Assembly (NCBI RefSeq): GCF_902652985.1
Contig: NC_047023.1
Coordinates: forward strand, 41,416,001 to 41,480,000
Length of the DNA stretch: 64,000 bases
DNA from: Pecten maximus
Lineage: Eukaryota
Direction: 5' to 3'
Shown: positions 47,741-58,787 of the stretch, piece after piece
Layout: each line of letters starts with the position of its first letter
Numbering within the stretch: the stretch's first letter is position 1
Made by a program: the position numbers and the translations under genes
Notes under the pieces: generated by a model
Database searches by the model: none
What the model was told of the DNA's origin: nothing
Seen by the model: only the letters and a program-made list of their open reading frames with translations

Positions 47741-48619
47741 GTCCCTAGCATCACTGACGAGTTCTAGAAAAACGAAACAGTTGTATGATGTCGCTAGCAT
47801 CACTGATGAGTCCTAGAAGGACAAAACAGTTGTATGATGTCCCTAGCATCACTAGCGAGTCCTATAAGGACGAAACAGCTGTATGGTGTCCCTAGCATCA
47901 CTGGCGAGTCCTAGAAGGACGAAACAGATTTATGATGTCCCTAACATCACTGACGAGTCCTAGAAGGACAAACAGATTTATGATGTCCCTAACATCACTG
48001 ACGAGTCGTAGAAGGACGAAACAGCTGTATGAGGTCGCTAGCATCACTGGCGAGTTCTAGAAGGACAAAACAGCTGTATGATGTCCCTAGCATCACTGAC
48101 GAGTCCTAGAAGGACAAAACAGCTGAATGGTGTCCCTAGCATCACTGACAAGTCTTAGAAGGACGAAACAGCTGTATGATGTCCCTAGCATCACTGGCGA
48201 GTCCTAGAAGGAGGAAACAGCTGTATGGTGTCCCTAGCATCACTGACAAGTCCTAGAAGGACAAACAGATTTATGATGTCCCTAACATCACTGACGAGTC
48301 GTAGAAGGACAAAACAGCTGAATGGTGTCCCTAGCATCACTGGCAAGTCTTAGAAGGACGAAACAGCTGTATGATGTCCCTAGCATCACTGGCGAGTCCT
48401 AGAAGGAGGAAACAGCTGTATGGTGTCCCTAGCATCACTGACAAGTCCTAGAAGGACGAAACAGTTGTATGATGTCCCTAGTATCACTGGCGAGTCCTAG
48501 AAGGACGAAACAGCTGTATGGTGTCCCTAGCATCACTGACAAGTCCTAGAAGGACAAACAGCTGTATGATGACCCTAGCATCATTGATGAGTGCAAGAAG
48601 GACCGAACAGCGATATGAT
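47741..48619 (+). ncRNA. Tandem array of 18 x 49-bp minimal hammerhead ribozyme motifs
   Basis: Consensus GTCCCTA-GCATCA-CTGACGA-GTCC-TAGAA-GGAC-GAAA-CAGCTG-TA-TGAT contains all conserved core nucleotides (CUGANGA, GAAA, UH). Stem II is GUCC/GGAC, stem I is GCAUCA/UGAUGU, stem III is the palindrome ACAGCUGU. Expression and activity are not shown. Confidence 0.9.
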
Positions 48620-49715
48620 TCAGTTTTATTCATTTTTGACTCTACTATATCTAACTCTTAATTTGTATTGAAAGGTGTTAATATAATTTGCATCTCATTT
48701 GTACATTTAGGTATAAATCCTCCAAATCTTGCCCCAAAATTGGATTATCAGAATTAGGAACAGCCAGCATTAAATTCTAAGCCAGATTTTGTCCCGATTT
48801 CTGGCCCTGCTATACTTCTACTTTGCCCTATATACAATACCGGACAAGAGTCATTTGACACCTAAATTGGAGACAAATCTTATTAAACTCTGATCAATCA
48901 AGCGGAAAACAACCGGGTAAACGCATGACCTGTATGATAGGTAGTTACCTATGCATAAAGATTCGAGATTTGTATACCAGTCACATGACGGCTGGAAAGG
49001 TGTCCCCACGAGATCCTTGAGGAAAGGACATCAAAAGAAGATATACATGTTAAACATCAAATGATCCTGTACAGTAACATGTCACTGAATATGTGTATTG
49101 GAGTGTTTTGTTGACGGTCGGTGTTTTGTTGACGGTCAGAGGGTCAGAGGGTCAGACCGACATTAAACACTAGGTGAGGAAGTTGTTGTACTAACTGTCA
49201 TCAACTTGGTTTGAACCCCTGTGTCTGACATCATTCAGTATACTGAAGTACAAGCAATATTAACTGCTGGTATTTATTCGTTATTTTTCAAAAACTGGTT
49301 TAAAACAATGCAACTCAAACAGTAACTAATGGTTCATGAATTGAATCCTTAGTGACAGTATAATTTATACATACGTTAGTAAAATGAAGAGACAGACTAT
49401 ATATAGACGATGTCCTGTTATCTATTTCCTACTTCGCAGGCGAATTCTGAATGTATATAAAATACAACATATTTTTAACAATAACCCAATACTAAAATGA
49501 TGTACACACCATACTTACAACAGTATACTTGATAACTATCAATGTCATTTAGGACACCAATAATGTGTCAATATTTTTGTGAACATTTTTTTTAGAAAAT
49601 GCTGCATTTTGCTACCCATGGACCGGCTAATCGCAATGGGTTATATGCAAGAAATCATGGTATATTACCAGGAGTTTAATGAATAAATGACTTGTACATA
49701 CATTTGTGGAATACT

Positions 49716-49934
49716 GGTTTGGTTTGTTTTTGTTTAACGTCCTATTAACAGCCAGGGTCATTTAAGGACGTGCCAGGTTTTGGAGGTGGAGGAAAGCCGG
49801 AGCACCCGGAGAAAAAAACCGGCCTACGGTCAGTACCTGGCAACTGCCCCACGTAAGTTTCGAACTCGCACCCCAGAGGTGGAGGGCTAGTGTTAAAGTG
49901 TCGGGACACCTTAACCACTCGGCCACCGCGGCCC
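49716..49934 (-). mobile_element. Intact tRNA-derived SINE with V-domain-like core and 12-bp TSD
   Basis: Minus strand: A box TGGCCGAGTGG, B box GAGTTCGAAAC, core TTTTCTCCGGGTGCTCCGGCTTTCCTCCAC, tail TTAAACAAAAACAAACCAAACC. TSD TTGTGGAATACT at 49704-49715 and 49935-49946. Confidence 0.93.
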
Positions 49935-50945
49935 TTGTGGAATACTCACCCAATCAAAACAAAGCTGATAAACTATCCAATATCACAGATTTACAGTGAA
50001 TTGGCTCATTTTATTGGATACAGTAGACTTCGGTACTATTTACTATTAAATGTTACAATAAGCGTCATGATTTATCCATCATTATCAATCTGTAGGTCTA
50101 TCTTTAATATTTCACCACATTCTGATGTTTATCTCTCGCAGCCAGAAAATGTATATATTTGTGTATTATTTAACATATACAAGAATATTAAAACAGAAAG
50201 TATAGGTAGAACTCAGAGTTAAAGTGAAATCAAAGTTTTTTTTATTAGGTAGACATCTGTATCGGAGTACAACAGCTGTCTATAATAACTACCAACTTAG
50301 CTGAATCATCCTTCATAGTAAATGCTGGCAATGTGGGAACATTTTATAACGGTATACTGAATAAAAACAATACCTACTACAGGCCTGCCCAAAATACTCC
50401 CCTCTTATATTAGAGAGGTTTGACAAATCTATACAAATATTATAAGGCCCTATCCAAAGGTTTAACAGATCAGATGCCCCAAATGCCATGGATCAAACCA
50501 ATAATGGATACCAACTCTCTGTGGATTTGAACACAGCTGTCAACATTGTCAAATGTTCTAAAGCTTGTGACACTACAGTTGGTTTGGGAGGGTGATCAAC
50601 ATAACATATTTAATGTAAGGTCCTAACTCATATAACAACACAATCTTTAAGTTGTCTCTTATTGATATTTATACTGATAACAGTGTTTACTACTGCATGT
50701 AATACTGAATATCAAGAAGTCGAGCTGATACCTGGAGCACGTCCGCCAAATGACAGGACATCTGATCATAATAAACTTATCAGTTCAGTGTCCTGAAAAT
50801 GGTATTTTATTAGATAAGGTCTAGATAAGGAGATAATGGTATTTTATTAGATAAGGTCTAGATAAGGAGATATCAGAGGCCAAGACACAGACAGATGATG
50901 GACAGTCAGGAAGTAAACTGTCCTCAGAAATTTGTATTTGTTGTT

Positions 50946-51782
50946 TGTCATGTGACTACACTGTTAGCAGTATCACGTAACTATACGCTGTTATCGATGC
51001 CATGTGACTACACTGTTAGCAGTATCACGTAACTATACGCTGTTATCGATGTCATGTAACTATGCTGTTAGCAGTATCACGTAACTATGCTGTTAGCAGT
51101 ATCACGTTACTACGCTGTTAGCAGCGTCACGTAACTACGCTGTTAGCAGTATCATGCAACTATGCTGTTAGCAGTATCATGCAACTATGCTGTTAGCAGT
51201 ATCACGTTACTACGCTGTTAGCAGTGTCATGTAACTATGCTGTTAGCAGCGTCACGTAACTACGCTGTTAGCAGTGTCATGTGACTATGCTGTTAGCAGC
51301 GTCATGTAACTATACGCTGTTATCGATGTCATGTAATTACGCTGTTAGCAGTATCATGCAACTATGCTGTTAGCAGTGTCATGTACCTAGGCTGTTAGCA
51401 GTGTCATATAACTATACACTGTTAGCAGTGTCATGTGACTATACACTGTTAGCAGTGTCATGTGACTATGCTGTTAGCAGTGTCATGTGACTATGCTGTT
51501 AGCAGTATCACGTAACTACGCTGTTAGCAGTGTCATATAACTATACACTGTTAGCAGTGTCATGTGACTATGCTGTTAGCAGTATCACGTAACTACGCTG
51601 TTAGCAGTGTCATGTGACTATGCTGTTAGCAGTATCACGTGACTACGCTGTTAGCAGTGTCATGTGACTATGCTGTTAGCAGTGTCATGTGACTATGCTG
51701 TTAGCAGTGTCATGTGACTATGCTGTTAGCAGTGTCATGTGACTATGCTGTTAGCAGTTTCACGTAACTACGCTGTTAGCAA
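50946..51782. repeat. 25/27-bp minisatellite with E-box/M-box motifs
   Basis: Unit CTATGCTGTTAGCAGTGTCATGTGA, with variants TATCACGTAA and TATCACGTGA. Confidence 0.93.
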
Positions 51783-52340
51783 TGCCATAACATCCTCTAA
51801 ATAAGTTTCATCATAAGCACACATATCATAACACCAAGGAGAGTTCTGATTGGTTTTAGGTTCTAACTATTTCAATCATATCATAACTTCCTGGCTCTGC
51901 TTGCATTGTGGCATCATCGAAGAAAGAAGAATGAAGTGAAAATAGATTTAATATAAGGTTGATAAAATACTATTTTCATGAACATCTTTATTATGTGATA
52001 AACAACATCTTAAATTCATATGTATTTCATATGAAATTTATGAAGGTCATCATTCCTCACATATTGCTTCAAGTTTAGTAAAATAAAAAAATTCTGAAAA
52101 CACTTTTCACATAAATTCAAGCTATTCAATAATGTTTTGTATAGCATAGTCCACACTAAAACTTTAAAATTATAAAATATCATCAAGACATCTGAATTAA
52201 CATTCCAAATTTCATTCTATCAAATGTAGGACTACAAACTTCACTAAGAATTAAGACTTGTTTAAATTCCATCTGGGTGAAATTTCAACTCTGTCCCATC
52301 TCCAGGCATCAATGTCTACAGTACCCACAACAATACTTAC

Positions 52341-52441
52341 CTTAAAATGTGGTCAAAATCTGCTACAGCTTGCTTGTTTAAAACTTTCACCCAGGACAGA
52401 ACAGTTTTTTAAGCAGACATCACTTCCATCTTGTATCTCAT
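52341..52441 (-). other. Candidate non-coding 5'-UTR exon of the UGCG-like gene with a 10-codon uORF
   Basis: Acceptor TTTCTTATACTTCCAG and donor AAG|GTAAGTAT bracket 101 nt. All three frames contain stops; the exon begins ATG...TAA (MRYKMEVMSA*). Confidence 0.55.
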
Positions 52442-53390
52442 CTGGAAGTATAAGAAATCACAAAATGGTATTTATTTATTTTCAAATACGTTTGAAAAAT
52501 TGTTTAATCCAGCCTCTCCATCAATCCTACATGTACTGCACCACTTTGAAGTATACGATGTACTACAAGTAAAACTGATCTGTTCTTAAATGCTTGTACA
52601 CAGAAAAAAGTCAATACAGTATCAGCAGTTAACACAAATGTTTATCAAAATATCCTGAAGTAAGCCGATAGCTATCTTATCGATATATCAACACCTATGA
52701 TTTAGTTTGTATCAGTCCCATCTAGTGGTATGGTCAGATCCCTGATCAGTACAGACTGGAATAATTTCAGCCTCGGAATCTTGATCACCCACTCATTACA
52801 GGTGCTACATTTTGTATATGTTAATAATTTACAAAGAAATCCAGGTTCATTTCCAGTACTCTGTTGGTACTTTTGACCTTAAACTCAGAAAGTTTGCATA
52901 TCGTGCTGTATATATTTATATCAATTACAAATCTAAAACAATTTTTAGAACATCAAAAATATTTCATGATCAACCCGATTGACATGATATTCAAAGATAC
53001 CTTTCTTGATATTGCAGATCTAAAATTCATACTGAATAATAATTTTGCTGACATTACAAATCCATGATGCCTATCTCCAGATGTTACTACTTTATTGCAC
53101 TCTAAGTCATCACTTTTCCATTAATTACTCCTTCCTGCCATTACAGCTTTGAAGCCTAATTTGACTACTCCAGGTGTTTTAAGCTATAGATTTCACTTCA
53201 ACATATTTCATTACATCAATAATAAGATTCAATCTGAATGGGGAAGCAGGCTATGCCTATACAAGCTAAAATATTAGTCCTCACTGGAGTTGTGTTGGAT
53301 CCAAAGTGCTTGGGTTCTTATTTTCATCAGGGTGCACTTTGTAAAAGCTAAGTTTGGGGTAAATTAATAAACAAAAGCAAATATTATTTT

Positions 53391-53906
53391 TATCAGTCTG
53401 GGGTAAATTGATAGACAAAAGTACTATTTGTATCAGTCTGGGGTAAATTGATAGACTAAAGTAAGTACTATATGTATCAGTCTGGGGTAAATTAACAGAC
53501 TAAAGTACTATATGTATCAGTCTGGGGTAAATTGATAGACTAAAGTACTATATGTATCAGTCTGGGGTAAATTGATGGACTTAAGTACTATATGTATCAG
53601 TCTGGGGTAAATTGATAGACTAAAGTACTATTTGTATCAGTCTTGGGTAAATTAACAGACTAAAGTACTATATGTATCAGTCTGGGGTAAATTGATAGAC
53701 TTAAGTACTATTTGTATCAGTCTTGGGTAAATTAACAGACTAAAGTACTATATGTATCAGTCTGGGGTAAATTAACAGACTAAAGTACTATATGTATCAG
53801 TCTGGGGTAAATTGATAGACTAAAGTACTATATGTATCAGTCTGGGGTAAATTAATAGACTTAAGTACTATATGTATCAGTCTGGAGTAAATTAATAGAC
53901 TAAAGT
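53391..53906. repeat. 40-bp minisatellite (~13 units)
   Basis: Unit TATCAGTCTGGGGTAAATTRAYAGACTAAAGTACTATATG. Confidence 0.94.
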
Positions 53907-55574
53907 AAATAAAATTGTTAAAAAGGGTCAAATTTTAATTTTGTGTGTGTTTTTTCCGCAATAGTCTGAGACTTAATAAGTGTATTCTATTTATCAAGAT
54001 CGGTCCCTTATGTTATTCACACCTGAAACACTGTCAGATGTCAGTGGTAGTCTAGCCATGTCACATTTATGATGATGACTCTGGCTAGAGGGAATTTCCC
54101 TTCAGCCTAGTGGTAGGATGTCTGCTTGAGAGGTCATTTATTTGACCCCAAGTGTGGACAGGATATTTCTCATTACTGCTTCCTATTACAAAGTAATTTC
54201 AGCTGAAAAATAGCAGAGAATCTGAAAATATAGCTCAGTTAGAGTGAGATCACAATTTTCTTTGTCTTATCTTTAAAGTGATAATTGATCACAAATTTCT
54301 TCTGAAGGTCAGATATTCTATCTTAAATATTGGACCAATTCCCAGCACTAAAAGCTAAAACAAATCTCTTTCCAATCAGGATTTTTGTCAAAATTTACAA
54401 GTTGAGTTTGAAGACAGTTTCATATTGTCTATTATGCAGACAGTTGTACCTAATTATATATCTAATATACATTACCTTTATATATCTAATATACATTACC
54501 TTTATATATCTAAAATACACTATCTAATATACATTACCTTTATATATCTAATAATATACACTGTAATTTCTATATATAATTTTGAGACATTCTGATTTGA
54601 TTGCTATTTAAGGTAAATCCTGGTTTGTTTGCTGATTTAATTAAAATTGATAACTGGCTATATCTATAAATACTGACAGCGATTAGATCTGAACAGGTGA
54701 TTATTGCTATATGTCAGAGTCATGACAAAACCTGATGTAAATCATTGATAGAAGTAAACTAGGACATGGTCATGGGTGTAGTCAGCACATAACGTGGTAG
54801 TCATAAAACATATACTGACTCATGTCAATTCATTTCCCAGAAATACCCTATTCTACCCCTACACTTGTTTGGGGTAGAAAAATAGCATTCTCCCTTCATA
54901 GAAACATTCTGATCCCTTAGCAAAAATGCACATCTATCTTCACCTGCCCAACAAATCCTTCTGAGTATGGCCCTGCACCCTCCACAGAACACACACACAT
55001 ACAAATATTTACTTATAAAGCTTACATACAATATGCACACCTGTCCTCATGACCCAATACAGCTCTCGACCCCTCCCGACCCCTCCCTAACAGTATACAT
55101 AATACTTCAGCTTCACATATACAAATACCCTGCTGTCCCTCCTGTAGCAGTTTCAGCTTTACATACCACACACATGCACACTTGCCCACACCTGTCCTCA
55201 TCTGTCCTCAGGTACAAATTACACCAATTTCAAAGGTGTTAAATCACTTAGTATTTAAAACAGTTTTACCTGATAACAGCTACAGGTATATACATCTGTA
55301 AGGTGTGTTATTGAAGGAGTTTCAAACCAGGAGAGCTGATGCAACAATGTATAGCATACCTTGATATTAAAATCTCGGTCAACTCCACTCATACATATGT
55401 ACAGCTTAGATGACATGAGTGAGTTGTCGGCCTGAAGTAAGAGAAAGTCACAGACTCTTGACAGTTACACTAACACAGTGTTCACTGACGATGAATGAAT
55501 AAATGACATGGTTTAGATTCCACTGAAATCTCACGATGGTACATTCTACTCTAATAGAAAGATGATTGGAAATT

Positions 55575-55640
55575 GGGGGTGGGGGGGTGGGGGGGGGGGG
55601 GGGAGAGGGGGGAGAAGGAAGATTGGAAATGGGGGGAGGG
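55575..55640 (+). repeat. Poly-G/purine tract (G-quadruplex-prone)
   Basis: GGGGGTGGGGGGGTG(n)AGAGGGGGG followed by purine-rich sequence. Confidence 0.8.
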
Positions 55641-55786
55641 AGAAGGATTGCAAAAGCTGACAAGAAGAAAAGAAGCCTGTTTAGATATATGAGTAAACAT
55701 GAAGAATGGGAGGAATTTAAGAAAGGGGAAGGGGAAAGAATTAAAGAGAAGAAGAAAAGAGCTTAAGGGAGAAGTATAATTTGGTC

Positions 55787-56315
55787 TGTCAGGGTGAAGG
55801 TCTTTGTCAGGGTGAAGGCCTTTGTCAGGGTGAAGGCCTATGTCAGGGTGAAGGTCTTTGTCAGGATGAAGGCCTTTGTCAGGGTGAAGGTCTTTGTCAG
55901 GGTGAAGGACTTTGTCAGGGTGAAGGCCTTTGTCAGGGTGAAGGCCTTTGTCAGGGTGAAGGTCTTTGTCAGGGTGAAGGTCTTTGTCAGGGTGAAGGTC
56001 TTTGTCAGGGTGAAGGCCTTTGTCAGGGTGAAGGTCTTTGTCAGGGTGAAGGTCTTTGTCAGGGTGCACGTGAAGGCCTTTGTCAGGGTGAAGGTCTTTG
56101 TCAGGGTGAAGGTCTTTGTCAGGGTGCACGTGAAGGCCTTTATCAGGGTGAAGGTCTTTGTCAGGGTGAAAGACTTTGTCAGGATGAAGGTCTTTGTCAG
56201 GGTGAAGGTCTTTGTCAGGGTGAAGGTCTTTGTCAGGGTGAAGGCCTTTGTCGGGGTGAAGGCCTTTGTCGGGGTGAAGGTCTTTGTCAGGGTGAAGGTC
56301 TTTGTCAGGGTGAAG
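55787..56315. repeat. 18-bp minisatellite (~29 units)
   Basis: Unit TGTCAGGGTGAAGGYCTT; source of the LHPDKD/CQGEGL/VKVFVR pseudo-ORFs. Confidence 0.95.
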
Positions 56316-57471
56316 CAGCTGGCATTGGGATACAGGAGCAGTTTTAGAGAAAATCACAGCTTTTAATATCATATGAGTATGCTGAATTAACTCTGCTATA
56401 TACATAGTTATTTCTACTGAATCCTTATGCAAGTGAGTCAGACGAAAAGTTGTCAGTTGGAATAGAAAAATAAAATCCTCAAAATTATGGTATTGAAACT
56501 GGTATTTATATCATGTTTTGATATTCTGAGGGAATGTCTCACCTGAGTTTGTGTGTTCAGGTTGTAATGGAGAGCTCATCAATAAAACGTACATACATCT
56601 ACATCTTTTATACCTAACACTGTGATGTCTATATATGTATGTAGGCACCAGTGCCATTGTATAAAGTTTTATAGAATTTACCTAACTGAATGGTGAAGTG
56701 TATATACGTGTCTGGTAATTAATGTGATTCTATACCAAAACCTACCTCTAGTCGAGATCAATACACTCCTTCCAAGTAATGAACGCATCATCACACACAT
56801 ACAGCTCTATGAATCTACTTATGTAAAAGCATAGTCAGCATATATATATATCACAGTACAACTGCGACAGGAAATGTACTATGATATATAAGCAAATCTG
56901 TTTCAAGTATATAATACTCAGCATACTGACTCAATTAATTACAAAATACAGCTTTTTCAAACACCATGGTGTTATGTTTCACAAATCATGCATGCATTTT
57001 AAACCTATCCCCAAAATTCATGTTTAAAAATTAAATCCGACATGAAAATATTTTCTATAAAAACAGCTCTATCTCACCATGGAGAGTATAAAGGAGGAGA
57101 AATACAGCTTTTTCAAACATAGAGAGTAGTGCTTAGGACATTGTATGTTTTTCGGAGAAGTTCTATATATAGCTAGAGCAGCTGTTTTTGAAGAAACCAA
57201 AAAGTATTTTGAGGTTTTCTATATAAGCAAAAAAGAGGAGGAAGGGAAATGTTTGTCCATGAATGTTTGAGTTGTTGTCTTGATATGATCCAACAAGACT
57301 GAGATTCAAGTAGCATGGCAATCTTAAGCTTGGTTTTCTTTTGAAGTTTCCATATAACCACTATCTGAGTACCAGGTCATATTTGTATGATTTAAATACA
57401 AGTTGGCAGCTTGAATAAGCTTACAAACATGTTGTTAGCTCACAAGTTACAACAGAATGTACTTACTCCAA

Positions 57472-57722
57472 AAACTGTAGTATCCGTCCTAGATATATAT
57501 ACACAGGGTACTAGGTAAACTGTAGTATCCGTCCTAGATATATACACAGGGTACTAGATATATACACAGGGTACTAGATATATACACAGGGTACTAGGTA
57601 AACTGTAGTATCCGTCCTAGATATATACACAGAGTACTAGGTAAACTGTAGTATCCGTCCTAGATATATACACAGGGTACTAGGTAAACTGTAGTATCCG
57701 TCCTGGATATATGCACAGGGTA
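57472..57722. repeat. ~43-bp repeat with a 20-bp sub-repeat
   Basis: AAACTGTAGTATCCGTCCTAGATATATACACAGGGTACTAGGT repeated about 5 times. Confidence 0.88.
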
Positions 57723-58255
57723 CCACATAAATATCATTTGAATTTCGTCTGTGCTGCACAAGAACTTGACACATGATTGTCATCAGGTTATATATAGAAG
57801 CGGAACTGACATTCTCACTGATAAAGGCGATCAGAGCCTTATGATCTTGACCAAGGTAAAGTACTGGCCACCATGTTAATTGATATAGGATTGACTACCT
57901 GCTGATTCTTCACAGAGCTGATACCGACTCACTGCTATGACTAAGGACCTTGTGAGGTTTACCTGGGGTGGTTATAGAGGTTCGTCCAGTATAAACAAAC
58001 TAACCGCTTTATATACAAATCACACGTGTAAAGGGTTTTTACAACATAAGATCCAGATCCTTGAACACATGATTTTAAAACTAGTATGACCTTAATACTT
58101 AGAACTTGATGAACTATGTAACAGTATCTGAATTTGGCTTCGATTGTAGTGAAATGCACATCTCAGTACCAGTAATATTAGTACCAGGCTGTAACTGTCC
58201 TGAACCTGAACCTATGTGTCAACTGTCAAATAGAATTTTCAGTCATGTGTTAATT

Positions 58256-58590
58256 ACAAGAGGCCTATTGGGCCTGTATCGCTCACCTGGCTCTACAGCA
58301 ACTTTTAAGTCGATCTAGGTCATTTCTGCAGATACTATGCTGATTACCACTTTATTCAAATATCAGATTATGCTAGGTTTTCATGTCTATAATTTTCTAG
58401 ACCTACATTCCAGCATACTATTGGCCTTATATCAGGTCTCTTGGCTATCACAAAATCATTATTTAAAGATTTTAGCCTATTTGACCCATGTGACCTTGAA
58501 TGAAGGTCAAGGTCATTCTTTTGAAAAAACTTGGTAGCCATTCACAACAGCATGCTACAGGCCCAATTTCAAGTCCCTGCATGGGCCTCT
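58256..58590 (-). mobile_element. Truncated HINE (3' hairpin end plus one ~145-bp unit)
   Basis: Terminus ACAAGAGGCCTATTGGGCCTGTATCGCTCACCTG; 58465-58575 matches the 43298-element repeat (GACCTTGAATGAAGGTCAAGGTCAT...AACTTGGTAGCC...CAGCATGCTACAG). Confidence 0.75.
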
Positions 58591-58787
58591 AAATAAATGC
58601 GATTTGGATGAAACTTTTTAAAAACTTAAGTTTAAAGAGAATTTGGCTATTTTTAGTAACAAAGTATTACCCCAATGGGCAAGTTAGCATATCATAAACA
58701 GGTTGGCGGTTGCCCCCAACCTTGTTTTATAAGATGATGACCGTTCATATCTGATATAGAGAGCTAGTATTCAACAGGTATTAAATG

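Noticed and set aside
47050-49700. Penelope-like element ORF flanking the hammerhead array
   Set aside because: The ORF track shows no ORF here and I saw no RT or GIY-YIG motifs; a highly decayed remnant cannot be excluded without tBLASTn.
49850-49934. tRNA gene
   Set aside because: The A/B boxes continue into a SINE core and tail bounded by a TSD; no clean cloverleaf.
55551-56432. LHPDKD / CQGEGL / VKVFVR repeat proteins
   Set aside because: An 18-bp minisatellite open in several frames at once, with no unique coding context or splice support.
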